Positions 19,185 through 28,275 of a stretch of DNA of 64,000 bases are shown here, in pieces (position 1 is the stretch's first letter; the number at the start of each line of letters is the position of its first letter). Below the pieces are notes generated by a model, which did not search any database, had not been told where the DNA came from, and worked only from the letters and a program-made list of their open reading frames with translations. Source of the DNA: a virus (Duplodnaviria > Caudoviricetes); the IMG/VR virus record IMGVR_UViG_3300028833_000064, positions 1 to 64,000 of that record; one strand, given 5' to 3'. Made by a program: the position numbers and the translations under genes.

Positions 19185-20135
19185 AGAATTTTAGTTACAG
19201 GTTGTTGTGGTTTTATAGGATACCACCTTTGCAAAAGACTTTTAAGTATAGGACACACTGTTGTCGGAATAGACAATATGAACAATTATTATGATGTTTC
19301 GATGAAGTGGAAAAGATTGAATGAAATAAAAACATTTGATAAATTCACATTCTTTGAAAATGATATTTGTAATAACAATTTTCTTATATCTGTATTTAAA
19401 GATAACAAATTTGATATTGTTGTAAATCTTGCTGCACAAGCAGGTGTAAGATATAGTATAGAAAATCCCTTTGTGTATATTCAAAGTAATATTGTTGGTT
19501 TTTCAAATATATTGGAGTGTTGCAGAAACTTCAATATAGAGAGACTCATTTATGCCTCATCAAGTAGTGTGTATGGAAATTCAGACGATATTCCTTTGAA
19601 AGAATCGGCAAATACAGACCATCCAGTCAGTCTTTATGCAGCGACAAAAAAATCAAATGAAATCTTGGCTGAGTCATATTCGACATTATATGGTTTTCAA
19701 TGTACCGGTTTAAGGTTTTTCACGGTTTATGGTCCAAACGGAAGACCAGATATGGCACCTTTCCTTTTTACAAAAGCAATAGATGAAGGAAAACCTATAA
19801 CTGTTTTCAACAACGGAAATATGTTGAGAGATTTTACCTATATTGATGACATAGTAAATGGAATTGTTTCCATAGTTGATAAAAAACTTGACTATAAACA
19901 CGAGATATACAACATCGGATGTTCATCTCCTATAAAGTTAATGGATTTCATCAAGGAAATTGAAAGATGTCTCGGAAAAAAAGCTGAAATTATTTTCAAA
20001 GAGATGCAAAAGGGTGATGTTGTAAAGACATATGCAGATACAACAAAACTTCAAAGAGATTTTGGATATAAACCATCAACAAAGTTAAATGATGGTATTG
20101 AAAAATTTATAAAATGGTGGAAAGAGTATGAATAA
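19182..20135 (+). CDS. NAD-dependent epimerase, UDP-glucuronate 4-epimerase (WcaG/CapI-like)
   Basis: GCCGFIG Rossmann motif, LAAQAGVRYS, YAATKK, LRFFTVYGP.GRPDMA. Confidence 0.92.
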   Translation: MRILVTGCCGFIGYHLCKRLLSIGHTVVGIDNMNNYYDVSMKWKRLNEIKTFDKFTFFENDICNNNFLISVFKDNKFDIVVNLAAQAGVRYSIENPFVYIQSNIVGFSNILECCRNFNIERLIYASSSSVYGNSDDIPLKESANTDHPVSLYAATKKSNEILAESYSTLYGFQCTGLRFFTVYGPNGRPDMAPFLFTKAIDEGKPITVFNNGNMLRDFTYIDDIVNGIVSIVDKKLDYKHEIYNIGCSSPIKLMDFIKEIERCLGKKAEIIFKEMQKGDVVKTYADTTKLQRDFGYKPSTKLNDGIEKFIKWWKEYE

Positions 20136-20925
20136 GATTGTTGTTAGTATGACAAGTTATCCAGGCAGAATAAAGAATGTCGGAAAATCAATTTTTCTTT
20201 TATTGAAGAAACAGACAATAAAACCGGATGAGATTCACCTTTGGCTTAGTATAGAGGAATTCCCGAATAAGGAAAAGTCGTTACCGGAAGATTTGAACTT
20301 AATAATAGATAAATGTGATGGTGTTTTCTTACATTGGTTGGAGAAGAATACCTATGTCCATAAAAGACACGAAATATTTAAATTCATAGAAGATGCATAT
20401 GTGTTCCTTATCGATGATGATGTTAGATATGCAGACAACTTGATAGAAACGGTTATCGGAAAGGCTAAGAAATATCCAAATTCAATAGTTTGTTATAATC
20501 GTTATAACCAGCACAGATATGTTGAGAAGCATATCCTTTATGGAAATCCGGCACCAGTAAATTCACCACCTCTGATAAACAAATACAGATGGTGTGGACA
20601 AAGTATGATACCATCAAACATATATCCAAAGGAATGTTTGACAAAAGAAAACCAAGAAATAAGAGACAGAACATCACCGGTTAGTGATGAGTGTTGGTTT
20701 CAACCCTGGATTGTGAAAAACGATATTCCAATCGTGTTTTGTAATTATGGTTGGGGTGATGACATAGACCCAAACAACGGCAAGAAGAAGGGATTGGTTG
20801 CTTGGTCACACCAAAAAGATAAGAATGGATATGAAAGAAGAGACATTTGGTTGAATAATGTTCTTAAAGCATATCCAGAAATAATGCAAAAATATATAAA
20901 ATTGTTTAATTATGGAAAATTTTAA
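20128..20925 (+). CDS. GT-A fold glycosyltransferase-like protein
   Basis: VSMTSYPGRI N-terminus, LIDDD motif, SDECW. Confidence 0.75.
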   Translation: MNKIVVSMTSYPGRIKNVGKSIFLLLKKQTIKPDEIHLWLSIEEFPNKEKSLPEDLNLIIDKCDGVFLHWLEKNTYVHKRHEIFKFIEDAYVFLIDDDVRYADNLIETVIGKAKKYPNSIVCYNRYNQHRYVEKHILYGNPAPVNSPPLINKYRWCGQSMIPSNIYPKECLTKENQEIRDRTSPVSDECWFQPWIVKNDIPIVFCNYGWGDDIDPNNGKKKGLVAWSHQKDKNGYERRDIWLNNVLKAYPEIMQKYIKLFNYGKF

Positions 20926-21550
20926 TATAATATCTAATAACTGTGTTGGTGCAAGATATTATGAGAAAAAAAGTTTTTTTCCTAACCCATTTATGTGGAA
21001 CTCAATAAAATTAAAAGACTTCATATTTCTTATAGAAAATTTTGATAATATAAATTTATCAAATATTAAATCATACTTTACGAGTAACGAGATACATAAA
21101 GATAAAGAAAATGATAAATGTTCAACCATTCTTTTAGATGGTTGTGTCAAGTTGTACTATATTCATCACCATTATGAAAAATCTCATTCGTCTAAAAAAG
21201 TGTTCAGAAACAATAAGAGTAAGAAAAATTACAAAAATAAGAAATTTGAATCTGTCGAATATGATGTTTCTGGATATGATATCCTTGATTATCTTGAAAA
21301 ATGTTGGTTTAGACGATTGTCAAGATTTGATAGAAAAAAGAAAAAAATATTTGTCTATTGGGATTCCGATGAATATACAAATGACGATGTGAAAAAACTA
21401 TTCGAGATGAAAGGGGATTTCATAATAATAGTTCTGTCAAAAAACGACTATTCAAACCTTGCTGATGACTCTCACATATACTTACATATGGATTTCAACA
21501 ACACGATTTATATGGCAGGTGTTTTGGATAAGTTTTTAATAAATTTTTAA
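20912..21550 (+). CDS. DUF1919-like polysaccharide biosynthesis protein
   Basis: IISNNCVG..Y...NPF, HH.Y and W.RRL.R motifs. Confidence 0.7.
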   Translation: MENFNIISNNCVGARYYEKKSFFPNPFMWNSIKLKDFIFLIENFDNINLSNIKSYFTSNEIHKDKENDKCSTILLDGCVKLYYIHHHYEKSHSSKKVFRNNKSKKNYKNKKFESVEYDVSGYDILDYLEKCWFRRLSRFDRKKKKIFVYWDSDEYTNDDVKKLFEMKGDFIIIVLSKNDYSNLADDSHIYLHMDFNNTIYMAGVLDKFLINF

Positions 21551-22240
21551 TTTATTGAAAACCTTTTTTATAAGTTCATATTTATCACTCATATTTAAAA
21601 CATTATACTCATTATGTATAGGGTTTTTTTCGTCGTGGAATTTGTATGTTGTTCTGTGACTTCCATTTATTATAACGTTGTTCAATTTCATCTTCATTTT
21701 TAGACAAAGATAGTATATATCGTCTTGATTTGTTAATTTCAACAAGTCATCCGATAGATTTTTTATACCGATTTCCTCGAATATGAACGGTGGATATAAT
21801 GTTGCTGCACCGGCTGTATTTGTTGTATATCCGTTATTGAAGTTTCTATATTTTTTACCCCAACAACTTATGAAACAATCTTTATGTTTCAACCATTCGT
21901 CATAAAAATCTTGTGCATAGTTTCTCAAATATATGCAGTCATCATCTGCACTTATCACAGGAACATTACGATATTTGTCCATAGTAAACAACACTTTCTT
22001 GAAAGCTTTGTAATTTTTATATACCCAAAGTATTTCGATTAAGTCATTGTCAACAAACAACATTAGTTCCTCGGGAAGTTCCTTCTCTTTTTTAGGAAAT
22101 TCCTCTTCACTCAACACCAACACAATATGAAAACCTGGACACATTTTTAGTAAACTATATAAAGTCTTACCAACAGTGTTTATTCTTTCTTTCCACGACG
22201 TGAGACTTATAATAGCCTTTTCTCCATTATATTGTTTCAT
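21536..22240 (-). CDS. GT-A fold glycosyltransferase-like protein
   Basis: ISLTSWKERI, ISADDDCIY, LYPP, QDDIY. Confidence 0.75.
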   Translation of the reverse strand: MKQYNGEKAIISLTSWKERINTVGKTLYSLLKMCPGFHIVLVLSEEEFPKKEKELPEELMLFVDNDLIEILWVYKNYKAFKKVLFTMDKYRNVPVISADDDCIYLRNYAQDFYDEWLKHKDCFISCWGKKYRNFNNGYTTNTAGAATLYPPFIFEEIGIKNLSDDLLKLTNQDDIYYLCLKMKMKLNNVIINGSHRTTYKFHDEKNPIHNEYNVLNMSDKYELIKKVFNKLKIY

Positions 22241-22958
22241 AATATCCAAATGAATCTATTATATTTCTTCCTGTTTTATTTTTGAAATTATCATTTACAA
22301 CCATATCATATTTCTTTCCAATCAGATGAATATGATTTCCTTTCATTGAAAATTTATCTTTAATTTCGAATTTTTCTAAAAGTTCTTTTATAGACCACTT
22401 GCTGCAACCTTTGTTTGTATATCCATTTAACCACATAATAGTTAAATATGTTCTGTCGTCGTTATATGTGTGTATAACAACATCATCAACGAATTTGTCC
22501 CAATTATTCAACATTTTCTTTTGAAACAACGACATTGCTTGAACTGGACACATTCTTCCGTTAAAACCTATAGATGTTTTTGGATTGGATGAAATTGGGT
22601 ATTTACATTCGTTTCTCTTAAAATCGTTCAATCGACATTCAATAAAATCAACGGGAAACAGTATGTCGTCGTCAGCATCTATGATAATGTCATCATCATT
22701 CAGTTCTTTCAAAATGGGGAATACTTTTTTCATAGACTTTGTATTCTCACCATAAACCCAGTTTATAATTAGTCTGTCGTCTGAATTGAAATAGTCAACC
22801 AAATCATTTGGAATTTTAACTTTTTCTGAATCAAATTCAGTTTTACTCAAATTCAGATAAACTCTATCTGGTTTAACTGTGTTGTTCATAATACTTTCAA
22901 CAACACTCTTAACATTTCCAATTCTCTTGACCCAAGATGTCATAGTAACAATCAGCAT
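22227..22958 (-). CDS. GT-A fold glycosyltransferase-like protein
   Basis: VTMTSWVKRI, IDADDDILFP, NDDR. Confidence 0.75.
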   Translation of the reverse strand: MLIVTMTSWVKRIGNVKSVVESIMNNTVKPDRVYLNLSKTEFDSEKVKIPNDLVDYFNSDDRLIINWVYGENTKSMKKVFPILKELNDDDIIIDADDDILFPVDFIECRLNDFKRNECKYPISSNPKTSIGFNGRMCPVQAMSLFQKKMLNNWDKFVDDVVIHTYNDDRTYLTIMWLNGYTNKGCSKWSIKELLEKFEIKDKFSMKGNHIHLIGKKYDMVVNDNFKNKTGRNIIDSFGYYETI

Positions 22959-22969
22959 ACTTAAATTTT

Positions 22970-23335
22970 TTATATTGCAGTTTTTTCAATTTCTTCGTCA
23001 AGCATAAAGTCGGAATCATCCAAATCAGAATCGTCTACAAATCCGAAATTTGATGACAATGTGGATTCCAAATTCTTAAACAATGAATCAAAATCTGATT
23101 TCAAATCATCCATTCCACTCTTGTCAACTCTTCTCGGTGTATATCCGTTATCTACACCGGTCCATTTTGCAAAAGAAATATATCCGTTCTTTTTCTTATA
23201 CTCATCCCATTGCTCGAGTGCATCCTCCGGCATTTCGAAATCAATGTCAAAAATTATATCGGACTCACTATATCTTTTACACTCTTCATCTGAAAAAGAA
23301 TGTTTTTCCTTGAATTTGTTTAAATAGTTTTCCAT
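22970..23335 (-). CDS. acidic hypothetical protein heading the GT operon
   Basis: ATG 23335 directly after CATAAATATTTT. Confidence 0.7.
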   Translation of the reverse strand: MENYLNKFKEKHSFSDEECKRYSESDIIFDIDFEMPEDALEQWDEYKKKNGYISFAKWTGVDNGYTPRRVDKSGMDDLKSDFDSLFKNLESTLSSNFGFVDDSDLDDSDFMLDEEIEKTAI

Positions 23336-23347
23336 AAAATATTTATG
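23333..23347 (-). promoter_or_regulatory. putative late promoter CATAAATATTTTATG
   Basis: Identical 15-mer to 19170-19184. Confidence 0.6.
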
Positions 23348-23352
23348 TATAT

Positions 23353-23397
23353 AAAGAAAGAAAGACAATCATTTACGACTGTCTTTCTTTCTTTTTT
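23353..23397. terminator. intrinsic terminator downstream of the DUF2828 gene
   Basis: AAAGAAAGAAAGACA...TGTCTTTCTTTCTTT inverted repeat. Confidence 0.8.
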
Positions 23398-23409
23398 GTG
23401 GAGTATCTC

Positions 23410-24975
23410 TTAATCGGACAATGCCTTGTCGATAAGAGAGTATCTCTCATTGTCAAGTGTCTCCTTCAAGACCTCCCAAGGGTCAGTCTTACCGGACATC
23501 ACCATTCGGACGATGTTCACTGAGAAACCAGATACGAGGGCGACACCGTTTTCGTTCTCGGTAACAGGGATGGTGTTGGTTCTAGAATTGACATTCCAGA
23601 AGACCAATCTCGGCATCTTGTAACCGGCAATGTTGTACTCACGGGTTATGTTTTCAAATAGGGTGTTCATCCGACTCTGGAAGTTACCACTCCAACGGTT
23701 GATTGTGGTTGCACCGTCAAACTCCATATCGGAGATGATGAGGATTCTCTCGGGCAAGTCTGACTGCTTCATCTGATACTTCTTGGCAGTGCTGAGAATA
23801 AGCATGAACACTTTCTCAATATCAGTGTTGGAACAGTCGTCGTACTTTGCAACATGTTTGATTTTGTCAAGCAAAGTGTTCTGACCATTGATGTCAATGA
23901 AATGTGGATGACTCGAGAACTCGATGAACTTGTTCTTGAACTCTCCCTCACATCTTTCGGCAAAGTACACCGAAAGAGAACGGCTCACGTCGATTGCTCG
24001 AACTGAAGAACCTCCGATGGATGATTCCATAGAACCCGAACCGTCACAGACGACCATAGTGTTTCCACAATTCGGTGTATCCTTCAAGTTCTGCCAAAGG
24101 GCTTCCAACGACTTGTCGAGGGTGAGTTTGTTGTAGTTAACCCAACGACTCTCGTCCCGGTGTACATATTTTGCCCAAATCTCATGGGGATAGAGAACAC
24201 TGGCGTTCATCTTCGGCTGGTTTTCCGAAGTGGTGTCAAGGACTGCATCAAGGAACTCCTGACGACGCTGACCGTCGTGCTTCAAGAAAGCATCCTTGTA
24301 ACGAAGATTTGCCCTTGAAGGAACCGCCTCATAGTCAATCTCATTCCAGCGGTTTGCACAAGTCTTGTTCTCGACGATACCGATGTAGGCACGGAGTTTG
24401 GAGAGCATCTTACGGTATTCCTTACTTGACAGTTCGAGATAGTCTCTCAACTCGAGAGCCATCGGGCGGGCACTGTCGGAGGCGTTGATGGAAGGTATCC
24501 ACTTGGCGAGCAAGGAGATACTCTTACCAGCGGTGAAGTTGTCGATGTCGTTCTTCAACTGCTCCTTCACAACGTTGAAGCAAACACCCTTCAACTCGTC
24601 GTTGTTGGCATACTTCATAATGTCAAATAAGTCCTTCCATCGACCATACTCACCAACGAGGGAGATGACCTTGGCGGCCTTACCCTTGTCGAAGGAGAAG
24701 AATTGGGTGAAAAACTCCACGAAAGATTTCTTTTCACCAAGACCCTCACGAGCGTCACGGAGGAAAAACAACCATTTGATGGCATACGAGAGGTTATTTC
24801 TCATTGCATCCTCAAATGCAAATAAGGCATCTGTGGGTACACCTTTACGGAATGATGGAACCTTGAAGTTGAGGTCTACTAGGATGTTACAGGTTGTTGA
24901 ATGACCGACGGCATCATTCTCAGTACACTGAAGACTGTTTGCTCTGTTGATTTCGTTTTCGAATTCTTTCATCAT
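23410..24975 (-). CDS. DUF2828-family (TROVE-like + vWA) protein
   Basis: TENDA, RDAREGLGEK, YGRWKDL, LAKWIP, DGSGSM (MIDAS), ISDMEFD, VFWNV, SGFS. Confidence 0.9.
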   Translation of the reverse strand: MMKEFENEINRANSLQCTENDAVGHSTTCNILVDLNFKVPSFRKGVPTDALFAFEDAMRNNLSYAIKWLFFLRDAREGLGEKKSFVEFFTQFFSFDKGKAAKVISLVGEYGRWKDLFDIMKYANNDELKGVCFNVVKEQLKNDIDNFTAGKSISLLAKWIPSINASDSARPMALELRDYLELSSKEYRKMLSKLRAYIGIVENKTCANRWNEIDYEAVPSRANLRYKDAFLKHDGQRRQEFLDAVLDTTSENQPKMNASVLYPHEIWAKYVHRDESRWVNYNKLTLDKSLEALWQNLKDTPNCGNTMVVCDGSGSMESSIGGSSVRAIDVSRSLSVYFAERCEGEFKNKFIEFSSHPHFIDINGQNTLLDKIKHVAKYDDCSNTDIEKVFMLILSTAKKYQMKQSDLPERILIISDMEFDGATTINRWSGNFQSRMNTLFENITREYNIAGYKMPRLVFWNVNSRTNTIPVTENENGVALVSGFSVNIVRMVMSGKTDPWEVLKETLDNERYSLIDKALSD

Positions 24976-24992
24976 AACTTTTACTTTTTTAC

Positions 24993-25030
24993 AAGATTCT
25001 GTTCAACATTTTTTTGCTGTCAAGAATCTT
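24993..25030 (-). promoter_or_regulatory. leader RNA hairpin of the DUF2828 gene
   Basis: AAGAUUCU..CAGCA-A6-UGUUG..AGAAUCUU between the promoter (~25058) and the ATG. Confidence 0.5.
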
Positions 25031-25057
25031 TAGTTAATAATTCCGTTTATTGTTTTG

Positions 25058-25082
25058 TAAAGATACTATTATTTTTTCAAAC
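25058..25082 (-). promoter_or_regulatory. AATAGTATCTTT early/middle promoter motif
   Basis: Same motif at ~279, 26654, 28240, 29813, 34331, 40140, 46117 and 53955, always upstream of - strand genes. Confidence 0.7.
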
Positions 25083-25106
25083 TACTATATAAAAATAACA
25101 AAAAAA

Positions 25107-25343
25107 TTATTCAGTTTTGTATTTTTGCATTTTTTCACAATTGTTTTTTCCACAATAGAGATAACATGATTCACCATGTTCAGTACAATTCTTACAGACT
25201 GCATCCATTTCGTTGCAACATCTCCAGTCGCCTATGCAACCGAGTCCTTGACAACCTGGACACTTTCCACCCTCACCCTCTTGTGGTTTGGTACATGTCT
25301 TGCATCTTTCGAGTCTTTTTCTCGTCTCTTCTTTGACACACAT
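25107..25343 (-). CDS. Cys-rich small protein (13 Cys in 78 aa)
   Basis: ATG 25343 just after the smpB stop; several CxxC pairs. Confidence 0.65.
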   Translation of the reverse strand: MCVKEETRKRLERCKTCTKPQEGEGGKCPGCQGLGCIGDWRCCNEMDAVCKNCTEHGESCYLYCGKNNCEKMQKYKTE

Positions 25344-25344
25344 A

Positions 25345-25797
25345 TCAGTATTCTCTTTTTGCTTGACGGTCGATGTCTCTTTCCTTGATAGACTGTCTCT
25401 TGTCATAGTCGTGCTTACCCTTTGCAAGGGCAATCTTCAGTTTGGCGAGTCCATTTTCATTTATAAAGAGATACACAGGTACTATAGTCATCCCGTTTTC
25501 TGATACCGCCTTCGAGAGTTTTCGAATCTCTTTCTTATTGAGGAGAAGTTTCTTGTCACGAAGTGGGTCTGATTTCTCATACCCTTTCTTATCATATTCG
25601 GATATATTAAGATTTTTTACAAAGACCTCACCATCTTTAACGTAGCAGAACGATGACTCGTTCATACTCACCTTCCCCTCTCGGATTGACTTTATCTCAC
25701 AACCCGTAAGTACTATCCCAGCGACGAACTCTTCAATCAGTTCGTAGTTGAAATTTACCTTTCGGTTTTCAATTTTTTTTGTTCCTGTATTTTTCAT
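25345..25797 (-). CDS. smpB: SsrA-binding protein SmpB
   Basis: NRK..FNY...AGIVL.G.EIKSIR.G, KLLL.KKEI, LAKGK..YDKRQSIKERD. Confidence 0.95.
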   Translation of the reverse strand: MKNTGTKKIENRKVNFNYELIEEFVAGIVLTGCEIKSIREGKVSMNESSFCYVKDGEVFVKNLNISEYDKKGYEKSDPLRDKKLLLNKKEIRKLSKAVSENGMTIVPVYLFINENGLAKLKIALAKGKHDYDKRQSIKERDIDRQAKREY

Positions 25798-26024
25798 TGG
25801 GTGACAAAGAAGTTTTGAATTATAAACCAGGCGAAGAAACAAACAAGTCCGAATGAAATCAACGACCCAATTTCCAACCCAATCATATTGTCTTTTCTGT
25901 TGGTATCATACCCCTTTTCTCTTTCGAGCATATCACATGTAAATTTGTGATGGGAACGCTCATACTTGTATAACAAATATGTTCCGATTATCAATAGAAT
26001 ATATTTCCAAACTTCAATTTCCAT
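25794..26024 (-). CDS. small two-TM membrane protein
   Basis: Two hydrophobic segments; ATGA overlap with smpB. Confidence 0.7.
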   Translation of the reverse strand: MEIEVWKYILLIIGTYLLYKYERSHHKFTCDMLEREKGYDTNRKDNMIGLEIGSLISFGLVCFFAWFIIQNFFVTQ

Positions 26025-26026
26025 AG

Positions 26027-26638
26027 TTATTCCTCCATATCTTTGTAGTACAATACTGTAGGTGTTCCGTCGTGGATGTCAATCGATTTTCTGTAAATTG
26101 CAGAAAACGTCTTCTTGTTGAACGGTTTTGTAATGATGTGTTTCCCATGTGGTGTCGGAATGATGTCAACAACCTTGTCGACATCAATGGGTTCACATTG
26201 GGAAAGGACACCGATAATGTCCAGAAGTTCATCTTCGGAATTGGTGTCGACATCGACAATCCAAGTCTTGTTCTTGTCACATGCACCGGTCTGACCACAA
26301 GCACTTTCGAAAAGACTTCTTATACTGTGGTATTCTTTGGTGCAGATGATGTCAGTCATAATTCTGAGACCCTTAAAAGCGGTCTGCTCGAAGTTTTTCT
26401 TGTTGAGGTTGATGACTGCACGGGCGTTGAAGAACTCACACAATGCCTTGATTTCCTCACGTCTTCCCTCGAGGTACTCGATGGATTCGACAAAGTACGA
26501 CTTAATGATACGGACAGCACTTGAGGCACGACCGTCGTTCTGGTCTTTACCCCTCTGCATAATCTGAATCATATAGAACTCACCTTCGTTCTCAAAGTTG
26601 AGCAATTTTTCAATCTGGTCAAAATTATCTACTGTCAT
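26027..26638 (-). CDS. conserved phage protein, possibly AEP/prim-pol-like fold
   Basis: WIVDVD (DxD) and TPHGKH motifs. Confidence 0.5.
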   Translation of the reverse strand: MTVDNFDQIEKLLNFENEGEFYMIQIMQRGKDQNDGRASSAVRIIKSYFVESIEYLEGRREEIKALCEFFNARAVINLNKKNFEQTAFKGLRIMTDIICTKEYHSIRSLFESACGQTGACDKNKTWIVDVDTNSEDELLDIIGVLSQCEPIDVDKVVDIIPTPHGKHIITKPFNKKTFSAIYRKSIDIHDGTPTVLYYKDMEE

Positions 26639-26686
26639 ATCGTTTTTTTTTTTCAAAGATACTATTTATTTTTTAAATAATTGAAT

Positions 26687-26902
26687 TTATTTTTTAAAGT
26701 GTTCCATAAACGCTTTTGCACTCCAAGTTATGTGTCGAGAAAAAAACAAACTCCACCCCAAAAAGAAAATGGTTACACCAATCCTTTTGAAATGTCTTGT
26801 GACCTTTATTGTCGGAATCAAATAGAACTCACGTTTGTTCCAATGTGATATAACAACAACTTCGATGGTAGAACCATCCTTTTGTGGTCTGCTAAATTTC
26901 AT
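26687..26902 (-). CDS. hypothetical protein
   Basis: 71 aa, ATGA-coupled. Confidence 0.65.
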   Translation of the reverse strand: MKFSRPQKDGSTIEVVVISHWNKREFYLIPTIKVTRHFKRIGVTIFFLGWSLFFSRHITWSAKAFMEHFKK

Positions 26903-27192
26903 TTTGATACTCCTATATAATGGGTTATTAATTCTCGACTATAAATTTGTTTCTTATATCTATTCTCAAGATACTCGATAAATTCATAATCATTGACAGC
27001 ATCGAACAAACACCCTTCGAGTTCCGGATAGTCATCGACTTTTTCACCAACATGTTCTTTGAGAATTTCCATCAACTCGTGGACTTCTATTTCTCTACGA
27101 CCTCTCTCCTTATTGAGAATAGACATTATATCAATCTCGTCAAGAAGAGTGAATGTGGTCTGCATGGATTTTTCCAAATCAAAATCAACCAT
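26899..27192 (-). CDS. hypothetical protein
   Basis: 97-aa ORF in a tightly packed operon. Confidence 0.75.
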   Translation of the reverse strand: MVDFDLEKSMQTTFTLLDEIDIMSILNKERGRREIEVHELMEILKEHVGEKVDDYPELEGCLFDAVNDYEFIEYLENRYKKQIYSRELITHYIGVSK

Positions 27193-27199
27193 TCTCTTT

Positions 27200-27772
27200 C
27201 TATGATATTATGATGTCAACCTCACCGGCACTCGGTAAGTATTTTCTATATTCTTTCATCCAAGGGTCACGACTGTTGATGTTCTGTGCATAGCAACTCT
27301 CAAAGGAGTTTCTGGTCGACGACTCTCTTATAAAGAGAATACGGACGACTTTCATCCTTGATATTGCATTTGTAAATTTATCTTTGTCCAACTCAAGTCC
27401 TTCATACTTGTTTGAAACATATTCGGATACAGCACATTCTTGTTTTCTCTCATCGAGAATGTCTTGAACAACCTTTTTGATTTTTCCCTCGTTGTTTTGG
27501 TGTATGAGACATTTCGTGTCACCATATGATATTGTGAGTTTGACAACCTCCATACGTCTTCCGTTTTTGTCGAAGAGAAATTCAAACTTATCAACATCAG
27601 TCTTTGTGATATCGTGTCTCATCAGCCACAAGACAATATTGTCTTTGAGTTGGTAATATTGGTTCCTTGTGATTATGTCCTTTACATCAAAGGTTTTCAT
27701 AATCCGGTTTGTATAGGAAATATCATCCAACAATTGTTTGAAGTCAACCTCTACATTAGTTTTCAATTTCAT
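27200..27772 (-). CDS. hypothetical protein
   Basis: 190-aa ORF in operon. Confidence 0.8.
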   Translation of the reverse strand: MKLKTNVEVDFKQLLDDISYTNRIMKTFDVKDIITRNQYYQLKDNIVLWLMRHDITKTDVDKFEFLFDKNGRRMEVVKLTISYGDTKCLIHQNNEGKIKKVVQDILDERKQECAVSEYVSNKYEGLELDKDKFTNAISRMKVVRILFIRESSTRNSFESCYAQNINSRDPWMKEYRKYLPSAGEVDIIIS

Positions 27773-28029
27773 AGTTTTACGAATTGAATAAAAGTGTCTA
27801 TAACTTGGGCAGCAGCATTGTTCTCCATATTCTCATTCAACACTTTGTTCATTTCCAACATCCGCTTCACCTCATTGGTGTTCTCTTCGTCGGATTTGGT
27901 GTCATCCCAATTTTGGTTGACAAGTTTGGTGAAGTTTTCTTGTGCAAACTGTGCAGCACCATTCTTCATCAACATATAGCAAGTATTTACAAATGAGTCG
28001 ATTTCACGTAATAATTCTACTTTTGTCAT
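27769..28029 (-). CDS. hypothetical protein
   Basis: 86 aa, 4-nt overlaps on both sides. Confidence 0.75.
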   Translation of the reverse strand: MTKVELLREIDSFVNTCYMLMKNGAAQFAQENFTKLVNQNWDDTKSDEENTNEVKRMLEMNKVLNENMENNAAAQVIDTFIQFVKL

Positions 28030-28220
28030 CGTTGTTTTGTTTTTGTTACTACAACTATTGAATTACCACTATGAGGTCTGACCAAAATGTCATTCCCCTC
28101 GATTTCAAGGAGTTTAAGACCGTCGACTTCCTGTTTGACCATAAATTCTTTGTCGTGAATCTTGATACGTATTGCATCGGTTTCGACGGGTTCTGATGAA
28201 TGATTCAATTGTACTTCCAT
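28026..28220 (-). CDS. hypothetical protein
   Basis: 64 aa, first gene after the promoter at ~28240. Confidence 0.7.
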   Translation of the reverse strand: MEVQLNHSSEPVETDAIRIKIHDKEFMVKQEVDGLKLLEIEGNDILVRPHSGNSIVVVTKTKQR

Positions 28221-28275
28221 AATAACTTTAACTTTTTTTCAAAGATACTATTTATTTTTGAAAATATAAAAAAAG

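Noticed and set aside
19182-22958. Host capsule locus (window being bacterial chromosome)
   Set aside because: No wzx/wzy/wza or initiating transferase; embedded among phage genes with phage-type promoter motifs
25030-26030. tmRNA or tRNA beside smpB
   Set aside because: No intergenic space and no tRNA-like ends or T-arm motif seen here or elsewhere in the window
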